Shown here one piece after another: positions 10,813 to 23,700 of a DNA stretch of 64,000 nt. This DNA is from Eledone cirrhosa (taxonomy: Eukaryota). The notes beneath the pieces were generated by a model. That model did no database searches and was not told where the DNA came from. It saw nothing but the letters and a program-made list of their open reading frames with translations. A program made the position numbers and the translations under genes. Numbering within the stretch: position 1 is the first letter of the stretch; every line of letters begins with the position of its first letter. The stretch spans positions 253,270,001 through 253,334,000 of the forward strand of contig OZ024740.1 of assembly GCA_964016885.1 (NCBI GenBank), written 5' to 3'.

Positions 10813-13800
10813 TGTTCTTTGAGTCTCAGTCATTGATGTTAGTTAACTGGAAAGTTTGTTGAAATGAATATCAAGCCACTATCTGCAGCCTCAGATATTC
10901 AGAACGTATCGGAGGGTTCTTGCTGTTCCCAGCAAGCATGCCTTTTGAAGTGTTCCAAATAGCGGGGCTGGACTAATCTTCTTTAACCATCCTTGGAAAC
11001 TCTTTGAGATAGTACCTAATGCGCCTATGACAATCTGGACGACCTTGATTTCATGGCAGTTCCAAATCCTTTTTACCTCCCACTTTAAGTCCTGGTATCG
11101 GTTAATTTTCTCCCTCTCCTTTTCTTGCACTATCGTGTCAAATGGACAGGCTACATCCACAATCAGGCACGATCTTTTTTCCTTGTCCAAAACCACCAGG
11201 TCAGGCCTATTGTGTTCTAATTTCTTGTCCGTCTGTATCATAAAATCCTATAGCACCTTCACCTGATCGTTTTCTATCACCGACTCTGGCTTATACTCAT
11301 ACCACTTCTCAGAATGTGGTAAATTGTTTACTTTGCATAGGTGTCAGTGGATCACCCTGCCTATCACATCATGTCTCCAGCCTTAATAGTGAGTCTGGGC
11401 TAGGTGTTTACACTCGGATACAATATGAGCCACAGTCTCCTCGCTCTCTCCACAGATCCTATACAGTGAGCTAGCCTCCTCCTTGTCAATATGGTGTTTC
11501 ACCCACTTCGTTCTGAGGGCTTGCTCTTGCGCAGCCATTGGCATTCATTCTGTAACCTTTTTAAGGTCTCTTCTTTTTAACCAGTTCCATGTCTGTGGAT
11601 CTCTAAATTCAGTTTTCCTAAAGAAGGGATTTTTCATGAAGGTTGCTCTTCCTCCTTGTTGTTATTTCCTCCTTGGACATCCCCTGGTCTATTGTCTTCT
11701 CCTTCAGTACAATTTTCAGGATTGGCTCCCTACTGTCGGTCACATATTTGTGCAGGTTGTTTTTCTCCATCTCTATGCTGATAAGACCTCTTCCACCTTC
11801 AGATCTCTTTAAGTAGAGTCTATCGACATCACTCCTCTTGTGGAACATGTTGTAGATAGTCATTAGCTTCCTAGTCTTCCTATCCATTTCAGAATTCCCG
11901 CACTGTATCTAATAATAGACACAGCTCGGGAATTTACTGTACTTAGTAGTCATTCCTACTATTTAGATGTAATTTTAATACGCTCCTTACTCTCCTTATG
12001 TACTCAGATCTTATCAATTCCTTCATTTTTTTTTGTTCTTGATGTCATCTGCCTCCAGAACACCTAAATATTTGTATCCATCTTCGGTGTCAATTTCCTT
12101 TATCATCTCACCTGTTGGTATCTGGACTCCGTTGCTTCTGCTCAATTAACCCCTCTTCTCCACTAAGAGGAGTTGGTTGATGGTAAGCTCTCCTTTTCAA
12201 CTTGTATCCTGCTCTCACTTTTCGCAATATAACGGTCAGGGGCATTAGGGCAAGGACAAACAGCAGAGGGGGCAAACTATCTCCCTGGAAGATACCTCTG
12301 TTGATCTTCACGCCTCCCAATGATTCTCCACCCGATGTTAACTCTGTTTCCCAGGACTTCATACTTTTTCTCAACAACTGTCTGATGTTATCTGCCACCT
12401 TGAAGATCTCTAGGCTTTGGGTTATCCAAGAATGAGGTACCATGTCGAATGCCTTTTTGTAATCCATCCATACCATAGCAAGACCAGTGTGCCTCCTCTT
12501 GTAATTCCTCATTACCATCTTATCAATAAGTAGCTGGTCTTTTGTACCACAGGACTTCCTTCGGCATCCTTTCTGTTCGTCCGGTAACAAGTTATTTGTA
12601 TCCATCTTCGGTGTCAATTTCCTTTATCATCTCACCTGTTGGTATCTGGACTCCGTTGCTTCTGCTCAATTAACCCCTCTTGGTAGATTTCCTAAGAGAC
12701 AATGCTTGTTAACAGTTTCCACATTACGGACAGACATGTGATAGGCCTAGTTGGTAACATCATTAACCTTGATTCGGTCTTTCATTACCAGAACAGTGGT
12801 ACCTTTTGTCAACCACTCTGGTACTTCACCCGACATCAAGCAGTCATTGAACATGGTTGTCAGTTTTGGGTGGAGGGATGTTATATTTTTTATCCAATAC
12901 CCTTGCACACCATCTGGGCCTGGTGATTTCCAGTTGGTTAGTTTTTTGGCCTGCCCTTTAAGAGTTTCAACTGCGATACTCAAATCAGGTTGTTGTGTGC
13001 TTGTTCACTAATCTCCTTTTGAACTGTTTCAATCCACATTGCCTGACTACTATGTTCAACATCCTGCTCCCATATTCCTCTCCAGAATGTCTTAGTCTGT
13101 TCCGCCTCAGGGATCACGTCGTTGCCTCTTTCTTTCCCTTCAAGCTGTCCAAACAACATCTTCTGGCTGTTGACAAACATGCGGTTCTGTCTCTACTGAC
13201 TGACTCTGTTCTCATAGCGACTAATCTTTTCACTTTTTGCTACAATGCGTTGCTTCAGTTCCTCTATGATAATATTTAGCTTTTTCCCCCTTAGTTTTGT
13301 ATTTTATTTTCAATCTATGTTTTGTAATGTCCCGTTCTGTAAAGACTCAAGCTTTCCAATGTCTTTTCTCATTTCCTTGATTTGACCATTCAGTCGTTTC
13401 TTCCACCAAGGTTCTGATCTTTCTTGTTTGTTGTTTCCTCTCGTTTTTATGCCAAGTAATTTCCTCACCGCATTTGCGGTTGCTATGAGGATATTGTTGC
13501 ATTGGTGAAGGTTCCTCGCCTTAGCTGTTGCCTCTTTTAACTTTTTCCTGTCTACAAATTCTTAGGTTCATAGGTTTTCGACTATCATTGTTCATTTCAT
13601 CTACCACTAAGTTCAGAATATCAACAACATCTTGCCCTAGCCTGTCAGCATTCATTTCCTCAATGGCCGTATCTTTGTTCCATATCTTATTTATTTCAGC
13701 ATTCAGATCATTGTCTGCTTCGGATGCTTCCTCGGGTCTCTCAACCTCTTTACCTTCATTTCCCACTGGTTCATTTGCCTGACATACTCCACTCTCCATT

Positions 13801-14260
13801 TCCAACTTAATCTCTCTGCTCAGTTCCTCCAATTCCAACTCGCTTATCCATCCATTAGTTCTTATTACCCGAGCCTGCCCGGCCAATTTTTGTTCATCTA
13901 ATTCCGTTTCCTGTAGCCTTTTTCCATTGGGCTTACTATCTTCAGGTAACATTTCATGACAGTTCTATTCAATTCTTTCGTCCAGTTGGTTCTTGTCCCT
14001 TTCCTTCTTCTTCTTCCTCCAACACCAGCAGTATTTGGATGACAGCCAAGTACCTGCTGCTGGGCCAGGAAGCACTCGCTGGGTGAGAGGCTTTCACATG
14101 ACGTTCCAGTCTCCTTTTCACCGTTATTCGAACTGTTTAGGCTTGACATTTAAACACTCATATCGAGGATTGGTGAATATATGGTTACATAACCACCGGT
14201 GTTTTTAGCACAATAATATCACCTTACGCACCACAATCTGGGTTGCCAGACGAACTTAAG
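10813..14260 (-). mobile_element. R4/Dong-like RLE non-LTR retrotransposon, copy 2
   Basis: RLE domain HNRPDLVVLDK..IVDVACPFD..KINRYQDL..LQKACLLGTAR (10891-11241) and RT fragments; 3' end abuts (TAA)n. Confidence 0.85.
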
Positions 14261-14299
14261 GCTAGGTTTTACGAGTTTTTAATGCTCACTACTGCCCTA

Positions 14300-17200
14300 A
14301 CAAACGACAATGACTTCCTAATCATTGTAGGAGATTAAGAGACACATTGGGAAACACCATGACAGCTTCTATGGAGTCTATTGAGGCTACGGGTTTGGCA
14401 CAAGAAATGAAGAAGGCTTCAGGCTTCTAGAATTCTATGATGCCAATGACCTGTCGATATAAAACACAAACTTCAAAAAACGCGACAAGCATCTGATCAC
14501 CTATAGATCAGGGGAGCCTTCTAGTCAGACTTTATCCTTATCAAAGGATGAGATAGAATAAGTTACTAAAAATGACAGACGAAGTTTGTGGTTGGAACAA
14601 GACCACGGTGAGAAAGAGTGTGATGAGGTGGTGGAACAATAAGGTAGATGAAGCAATTAAAGCTAAGAGACAGGCATGGAAACAATGGAAGAACGGAGCA
14701 GGCAGGATACATTACAATGAGACCAGGAGGGAAGCTAGGTAAAAAGTATACTTATCTAGAAGGGGTGTGGAAGATAGAAAATTCAAGCATTCTGAGGACC
14801 GGAAACAGGTGTTCAGGATTGCGAGGCAGTATGTTAGAGAAAATTGTGATGTCATTGGTGAGAAGTGTGTTCGGGATGATAAAGGTGAGCTTGCCCTCAC
14901 AAGTGCAGAGAAGAAAGATGCGTGGAAGAGCCATTATGAAAGATTACTGAATGAGGAGAATGAATGGGAGAAATAGCCCCTACCCCAAGTGGACCCTAAA
15001 GAAGACCCAGCAATACAAGTCAGAAGTAAGGCAATTACAGATATGAAGACAGGGAAGGCAACTGGTCCATCGGGTATAGCTGCTGAGATGCTGAAAGCAT
15101 CTGGGTCGGTAGGTCACACCATAACCACAGGTATTGTAAACCAAGTAATTCTAAATGGTGTCATACCAAAGGATTGGTGCAGCAGCATCATTGTCAACTG
15201 CTACAAAGGTAAAGAAGATGCACTAGATAGAGGAAACTATACAGGTATAAAGCTGATGGACCAGGTCATGAAAGTAACAGAAAGAGTTGTAGCACAGCTG
15301 ATTAGGGACGGGGTAAATCTAGATAAGATGCGATTTGGGTTTGTGGCAGGCAAAAGCACCACTGATGCTTTTGTCCTTTCGTAGTTACAGGAAAAGTACT
15401 TAACTAAAAGTAAGCCGCTCTACCTGGCATTTGTCGATTAGGAAAAAGCCTTCGACAGAGTGCCTCATGCTATAATCTGATAGGCTCTTAGAAAACTAGT
15501 AGATGAGTGGCTTGTGAAGGCCGTACAAGCCATGTACAGTCAACAAAGTTAGGGTTAACAATGACTATAGCGAGGAATTCAGCATACAGGTTGGTGTCCA
15601 CCAGGGCTCTGTTCTGAGCCCTCGCCTATTTATTATCATATTGCAGGCTATAACAGAGGAGTTTAAGACTGGATGCCCATGGGAACTTCTGTATGCGGAT
15701 GATCTTACACTGTAGGTAGAAACTCCATCCTCTGCCCCATATAGAAACTATGGGTACACAAGAGATGTAGTGGGATCTCAGGAAGTCTAGCTAAGAATAT
15801 AGGCTTTACATGTAGCAGCTGCACTGGGACAGCAAGCAGCTACATGTAAAGACCATATAACACAACTGGTAGGATGTAAGTATCAAAGATCTTAGCCTTC
15901 AAATGGTGGGCTCTTAAAATACTAGTAGATGAATGGCTTGTGAAAGCTGTACAAGCCATGTATAAGGGAACAGTCAGCAAAGTTAGGGTTAGCAATGACT
16001 ATAGCGAGGAATTCAGCATACAGGTTGGTGTCCACCAGGGCTCCGTTCTTAACCCTCTCCTGTATTGCAGGCTATAACAGAGGGGTTTTAGACCAGATGT
16101 CCATGGGAACTTCTGTACGCAGATGATCTTACACTTATAGCTGAATCTATGGTGGAACTACAGAATAAATTCCAAACATGGAAGCAGAGACTAGAAAGAA
16201 GGGGTCGCAGAGTCAACCTGACAAAGACTAAGGTCCTCGTAAGTAGACGGTAAAACAGAACCCAGAACCTCTCAAGGAAATGGCCTTGCTCAGTATGTAG
16301 GAAAGGTGTAGGTAGAAATTCCATCCTCTGCCCCAAATGCAAGCTATGGGTGCACAAAAGATGTAGTGGGATCTCAGGAAGTCTAGCTAAGAATGTAGGC
16401 TTTACACGTAGCAGTTGCACTGGGACTGTAAGCAGCAAACAGCCACAGGAAACAAAAACTACCCAATTCTGGGAGGGCTCTGTAGAAACAGTAGACAGCT
16501 TCTGCTGCCTAGGTGACCAAATTAGCAGCAGAGGTGGATGTTCGGAAAGTACAATAACCAGGGTAAGAACGGGATGGAAGAAGTTCAGAAAGCTACCACC
16601 ACTGCTAGCTACAAAAGGCTTCCCTCTTAAAATGAAAGGCAGACTGTATGATGCATGCATACGAACAGCAATGTTACGTGGTAGTGAGACATGGGCGTTG
16701 TGTGCAGAAGACTTGCGTAGATTAGAAAGAAACGAAGTCTGCATGCTCCGATGGATGTGTAATAGTAATATACACGAATGGCAAAGCATAAACGAATTGA
16801 GAGAGAGAGAGACTGAACAAAAGAGGAATCAAATGTTGTATGCAGAAGAGGAGATTACGTTGGCATGTGATGCGTATGAAGGATGATAGCTGCATAAAAA
16901 AGTACAGAGCACTAAAAGTCGATGGAAGCCTTGGAGTAGGGAGACCCAAGAGGACCTGGGATGAGGTGATAAAAGCTGATCTTGCCCAATTGCACCTCTC
17001 AAAGGTGATGACACATGACCAAGACCTCTGGCATTACGCAGTAATACAGAAGACTTGACTTCCCACGGGTACAAGCCGAAGCTGAAGCATATAAATAGTA
17101 TACCCCCACCCGCCTCCCACTGTAAATTGGTAATCTAGGTGTTACGACAAAAAAGCAACGAGTCCACACTGTAAAGTGGTTGTGTTGGTGCCATTGTAAA

Positions 17201-17390
17201 AAGCACCCAATACACACTGTAAATGAGGTTGGTGTTAGGAAGGGCATGCAGCTGTAGAACCAAGCCAAAATTAGATCTGTATGAGCAAGACATGGACATC
17301 TGACCTGGCATTGCCCACAACAGGACAACCTGTCTAACCCATGCTAGTGTGGAAACGTTGATGTAAAACGGTCATGATGATGAGGATGAT
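14300..17390 (+). mobile_element. RTE-clade LINE (decayed, internally rearranged)
   Basis: GKATGPSG, GIKLMDQ, GF..GKSTTDA, LAFVD*EKAFDRVP, GVHQGSVL, LYADDL, MLRGSETW and GRPKRTW motifs; (GAT)n tail near 17372-17391. Confidence 0.85.
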
Positions 17391-17399
17391 GATATATAT

Positions 17400-17605
17400 G
17401 AAACAAATTTAAATTATTTTTAAAACCAAAACAATGCGTTGTGAAGAACATTAAATCTTCAAGATAACAAAAGAATCTTACCTTAGCAAATTTAACGATC
17501 CCAAATAATTTCGGGTTTAAAAACCAATTATCAAGGGGTGACCCTATGATAGACTTAAAAAATCGATCGGTTTGACTTGGTTGTTTGGAGAGCAGATTTA
17601 AGTTA
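17400..17605 (-). mobile_element. Isolated Penelope-like pLTR/5' UTR fragment
   Basis: Homologous to 26295-26372 at the 5' end of the Penelope-like element; carries a degenerate hammerhead-like motif and an AAG|GTAAG donor on the minus strand. Confidence 0.55.
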
Positions 17606-17832
17606 AATGAAATGAAATGTATGATATATGCATGTGTGTACGTGAATGTAAGTGTGCTTAGTGGGATGTTTGTATGTGTGTGCATGAATATAAGTTTATG
17701 TTATGAAAGATGTGTTCGAATATGTATATAATAAAACGGAAACAATATGTGTGTGATATATGTATGTGTGTGTGCGTAAGTCTAAGTGTGTTTGCCTAGT
17801 GAGGTCATAGATTTAATTCGAAAGAAAGAATG

Positions 17833-20800
17833 TATAACGGTGGCGAAGATTCGAAACCGAATCTGAGCTTTCCCGCCTCTGGGACAAGCAGTGGTAAGTT
17901 GTTTACGCTCAAGAGACTAACCCCTCGACTGGCGAATCTGTGGCGACTACCGTGCACTGAACAACTGCACCGTTCCTGACTCTTATCCAGTGCCTCATCT
18001 ACAGGACTTCTCTAGCTCGCTACACGGGGCTCGCATATTTTCGAAGATCGATCTTGTGCGAGCTTACAATCAGATACCCGTTGAGCCCGCAGATATCCCC
18101 AAGACCGCCGTCACAACACCCTTTGGAATGTTCGAATTTCTGCGTATGCCTTTCGGTTTGCGAAATGCAGCGCAGACATTCCAGCGATTCATTGATACAG
18201 TCACCAGAGGTCTACCTTTTGTATACGCATACATCGAAGACTTATACGCATACATACGCATACATCGACGGCCAGCAGCTCCGATAAAGAACATGAGAAA
18301 CACCTGGATCTCCTATTCACACGTTTGCGTGAATATAGAATTGTTATCAACCCCAGCAAATGTGAGTTCGGAGTTGCGTCCCTTCATTTTCTGTGACACA
18401 TCATTGACAAAGATGGTATTCGCCCACTTAAGGAGAAAGTCAAACCCATCATTGATTTTCCACGACCAACATCTCTCCGCAAACTGCGAGAATTTCTTGG
18501 GCTGGTAAACTTCTACAGAAGATTTATACCCCACTGTGCAGAGACAGCCCAACCACTCACAGATTTGCTGCGGCAGCGTACAACCAAAAACGCAAACATC
18601 AATCTCAGCGAAAAAGAATGTACCGCTTTCGCTGAGTTGAAGGAAATGTTGTCCGCGGCTACAATGCTGAGTTACCCCAAACCTGACGCCCCAATGTGTT
18701 TATTGACTGATGCATCCGATTTCGGAGTTGGAGGTGTGCTTCAACAACTTTCTGGCGATATTTGGCGACCTGTATCTTTTTTCTCTAAGCGATTAAAACC
18801 CGCCGAAACTAAGTACAGCACATTAAGTCGTGAATTATTAGCAGTAAACCTTGCTGTCAAGCATTTTCGACACATGCTAGAAGGTCGTGTGTTCTCCATA
18901 TACACCGACCACAAACCACTAGTGTACGTGTTCAATGCCAAGCCTGACCGACACTCACCCAGGGAGGTCCGACATCTGGACTTCATTTCTCAGTACACTA
19001 CTGATATTCGGTACATTAAGGGTGCCACCAACTCAGCAGCTGATGCCCTATCGCGCATGGAGCTTAACGCAATCCACACTACTGCCACTATCGACCTGCA
19101 GAGGATTTCAGCGGATCAACAGAATGACGAGGAACTGCTGCAACTCCGGAAATCATCCTTGAAATTGAAGGAATGCCCGCTGCCCTCTTCTTCGGGTTAT
19201 ATTTCGTGCGATATCTCCACAGGCCACGAGCGCCCATACGTGCCCCGGAAACATCAACGCGACATTTTCTCGGCACTGCATTCTCTGGCACATCCTGGCG
19301 TCCGCGCCACGCAGAAACTGATGGTAGCCCGCTTTGCGTGGCCCAACATCAACAAGGACACTCGCAAATGGGCTAGGAACTGTATCGCGTACCAGAAGGC
19401 GAAAAATCAGCGGCACATCAAAGCCCCGATCGGTTCTTTCGCAACACCTGATGCACGGTTCCAACATGTGCATATAGACATCGTTGGACCTTTGCCTCCT
19501 TCTCACAACTACACTCAACTTCTCACCTGTGTCGACCGATTTTCTCGCTGGCCAGAAGCTTTTCCCCTGACGGATATTACTGCGGAAACTGTCACCAAAA
19601 CGCTAGTGTTTATAACAGGACACCGGGTTGTATGTACAATATTTATTTAACAAGGTTGAACTATGTAGAGCAGAATAGTTGACATACCAAGAGAGATGAA
19701 AGAATGAATTAAAGTTAGTTGTTTACCGTTTTGAAGTCAGCGCGCATTAGACCAAGAGGTCTTTACATTACCATGTTCAGATTGCCAGAGAGTATACCCT
19801 CGGCGGAACGCGCCTGACCGAAGGGCCAGGCAGGTTAAAAGAGAGGGAGATAGCTCTCAGCTCTCTCCTTTATAGGGTCCCTTGACGGAAGTGACAAAGA
19901 AGGTTCTGCCACCTCAACGGGAAGTAACTCCAGCTACTTCCTGTCTAGAGAACGCTACTGGTGATGTGATCGTCATAACAAGGGAGGCAACTTTTGCTAC
20001 ATTATCTCCCGCCAGATTTTTAAGACATAAAAATCGAATCAACCATGTATGAAGTAAGATGGCGAGCATGTAACACCAAAGTCCAGGCATGAAAATTACA
20101 AAAAAAATAATGTTTGCAAAACAGCAAAATATAAGCATGCAAAAATTAATGATAGATATCAAGGTAGCCAGCCGCTCTTGGCCAGAGAACGACTCGACAT
20201 CTATCTATCCATCACTCAAAGATACAATGTAATCAAACTAAAAGAAGAGGTCAAAGGAGCAAAGAAACGTTCTCGAACATAGTTATTAAAAAAAAAATTC
20301 AAATGTTCAAAAATAAAGTTCACAGGTGTGCAATCACACGACAGCAGGAAAGAGAGTGTGTCACCAAGAGAATATATGCAGGTGGTTTCTGGACTGTGGT
20401 ACAACGTGAAATTCCCAACCTCCGAAGGGATTTTCTCACAGGAAGAGTGTTGCAAAAATAAATTCTGTATGTTTTGTTCTGCTGGTTTTGGTTGTTGATA
20501 AAGCAAAGCTGTGTTGTTGTTGTCTCGCGGAGTCAGCCTATTCGATGTTGTTTCCATTCACAGTAAAAAGTTTCCCAGCAAAAATGAGTTGCGCAAAGTG
20601 CTAGAAATAACAGCCAAAGTTGATGGTCGATGTTGAGAACGCGTTGACCTGGAAGGGTCAAGAGGCCAGCGACCAAAGAAATAAGCATTCTGAATAAATG
20701 CGCAGTTTTCAACGGCAAATTTACGTGGTAAATTTTTAAACCGGCAAATAGGAGAATATAGCTTAAGGCTGGAGAATCCTTGGCAAGAAACATTATCTAT

Positions 20801-23290
20801 GGCGTGTGTTATCTCAGTGAGTCAAGATGTGTGCTCCCACACGTGCCGAAACAAGGTTAAAGTCAAGTTGAAAAAAAAAATATTTCTATAGCGCGAGAAA
20901 ATGGCGCGAAAATGATAGTGCAACAGGTCGTTGGCAGCCATTTTGAAAAATTTGTGTGTGAATGTGATAATATGATGAAAAAGAAAGAAAGACTATATTC
21001 ACTTTGTATAACATATATGGCGAGGGTTCAATTTTTTTTTTGTGAAAGTGATGAAAAAGTAGCGAAAAAAAGGCTTAGTTGAATGAGTAAGCTAGCTGTG
21101 ATGTTCATCAAAATTGACATGTTGAATATATTGAGTGTTCGTTGTGAGACGGACGAAGGATATATCCAGTGATTGAAACACATTTAAACGATGTAAACAC
21201 GTGAGGTGAAAAGCAAAATTTGTTCTTGTTTGTTTGCTGCTGAGGAAAAGATTACTTATAATTTTCATTGTAGACAAAATCCATGTGGAATGTTGTAGAA
21301 AAAATCCATGTGGAATGTTGTTAGAGGAAATTTTTTCTTTTTGAAATACTGCTAATTAATTTTCTTTTTTTCATATTCACTCAACACCAGATCCTATTAT
21401 TTTTTTCTCGGGGTCACCACTTATAACAGGGTGACTGAGATTGTAATTGCAATATTTATTTAACAAGGTTGAGCTATGTAGAGCAGAATAGTTGACATAC
21501 CAAGAGAGATGAAAGAATGAATTAAAGTTAGTTGTTTACCATTTTGAAGTCAGCGCGCATTAGACCAAGAGGTCTTTACATTACCATGTTCAGATTGCCA
21601 GAGAGTATACCCTCGGCGGAACGCGCCTGGTCGAAGGGCCAGGCAGGTTAAAAGAGAGGGAGATAGCTCTCAGCTCTCTCCTTTATAGGGTCTCTGGACG
21701 GAAGTGACAAAGAAGGTTCTGCCACCTCAACGGGAAGTAACTCCAGCTACTTCCTGTCTAGAGAGCGCTACTGGAGATGTGATCGTCATAACAAGGGAGG
21801 CTACATGTTTCACTGGGTTTCGCGTTTCGACACACCCGCGCCCATCACTACGGATAGAGGACGTCAGTTCGATTCGCACCTATTTACCGAGCTGCCTCGT
21901 CTCCTCGGGTACAAATACATCCGTACAACAGCGTATCACCCTGCCGCTAACGGCATGGTAGAACGCTTCCACCGCCAGCTAAAAACATCTATCAAGGCTT
22001 ACGAAGACTCCACTAACTTGTTCGAATACCTCCCACTCATTCTTCTTGGTATTCGTTCCACTGTTAAGGAGGGAGTCGGACATTCTCCGGCTGAAATGTT
22101 GTATGGCACCGTACTCACTCTACCCGGACAAATGATCGCTCCTGTTTCGCCACAAGAACTTCCAGACCCAACAAAATATGTGCACCGTTTACGGTCATCG
22201 ATGTCGCATCTGTCTCCTTCAGCCCCTAAACAACAGCACGTTACTTCACACATACCAAAAGACATCGATACATGGACGCATGTTTTCGTTAGAAATAACA
22301 GTATTCCATCGCAACTTCCTCCGCCGTATTTCGGGCCCTATAAGGTGATACAGAAACGCCCTAAGTATTTCGTCCTCGACTTGAACGGGAAACGAAATAC
22401 CGTCTCTATTGACCGTTTAAAAAAAGCGTTCATAGAACAGGAATTGCCACCAGTACCCACCGTTTCTCCAGTAGACTCACCAACAACTTTGCCCGACACA
22501 GACACGACAAATTCTGCACAACCCCGACATACCAAATCTGGAAGAACAGTCCGATGGCCCACGCGATACGTACAAGTTTATCGGGTAAGTACAAATTATG
22601 CATCTGGTCGACATTTCGGCTAACTTGTACATTTCAACGAATCGGCCAATTTCTGTGGTCATGAACTATTGCTACACACAAATCAATTAACTCTGTGCAT
22701 CACCCACATCAAAAGAACAGACAAAAGAACATTTTTCCGTTTCTATGAAATGAACGAACTTTTAATCAACAAACTTTTCGTACGAACATTTTCAATTTTA
22801 TGTAACATCACAGTACATTTTCCTGCATGTAAATTTCTTTTGCTTTGTAAATGACTTTCATGTGTTTTTTGTTTTTACTGATTTTCTTCAACAACACACC
22901 TAGTCATACCTATCTTCATTTCACATGCACCTAGATCGTTCAATCTTAGCTTTCTCACTGGAAGGGGGGGGGGTACTACAACGGCGGCGAAGATTTGAAA
23001 CCGAATCTGAGCTTTCCCGCCTCTAGGACAAGCAGTGGTAAGTTGTTTACGCTCAAGAGACTAACCCCTAGGGAGAGGCTAAACACAGGTCAGAGGTGTT
23101 TACGCCTGACAGAAAATAGGTTAGAGGATATACTATCAATCTTTCTGACTTGTTTACGCTTGGCAAACTAATCCCTTGGGAGACTAACCAAAGTTCAGAG
23201 GATATATCTATCCTTCTAACTTCAACTCTTATAAATACAGGGTTGTTTATGCCCCGACAGAAAAGAAGTGATATACAGACAAGACAAGTT
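17833..23290 (+). mobile_element. Ty3/Gypsy LTR retrotransposon, internally deleted (gag/PR lost) and interrupted by an insertion at 19611-21805
   Basis: A partial 5' LTR (17833-17925) matches the start of the 3' LTR at 22977, which follows PPT GGAAGGGGGGGGGG. RT ([22 protein letters not shown]), RH (TDASD, ELLAV, YTDHKPL) and integrase ([30 protein letters not shown]). Confidence 0.9.
19611..21805 (-). mobile_element. Non-autonomous LTR retroelement (~2.2 kb)
   Basis: LTRs at 19611-20001 and 21422-21805; 4-bp TSD TGTT whose removal restores host integrase KTLVFHWVSRF; PBS TGGTGACCCCGA (tRNA-Trp 3' end complement); PPT-like GGCGGGAGA; no recognisable ORF inside. Confidence 0.85.
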
Positions 23291-23700
23291 TATTTTATTA
23301 TAACAATATTCAATTTGAATATTGAATGATAAAATCAATAACACAAAATATTCATACAATAATTTGGTGGCTCTTCGAGCCACGTAAATTCAAGTAACAC
23401 AGAATACGATTATAATATAATTTGTACTGTATCAGAAAGATACAATATGTATAAACAGAAATGGTGCGTGTCAAAATACAAACAGTGTGAACTCACTATG
23501 AATGCGTGTGTGCGTATCAGTATATTTGCTTGTTTGTATTGCAATAGGAGTCAGCGATCAGCCAGGAAGGTGAGAATAAGTGGCAGACTGGTTTTTCGTG
23601 ACGAGAGCTTGTAAATGCGACTTGTCTTATCTGTATATCACTTCTTTTCTGTCGGGGCGTAAACAACCGCTGTATATATAAGAGTTAGAAGGATAGATAT

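Noticed and set aside
20216-20793. ORFs inside the non-autonomous LTR element as gag or env
   Set aside because: They are short, with no zinc knuckle or other recognisable motif.
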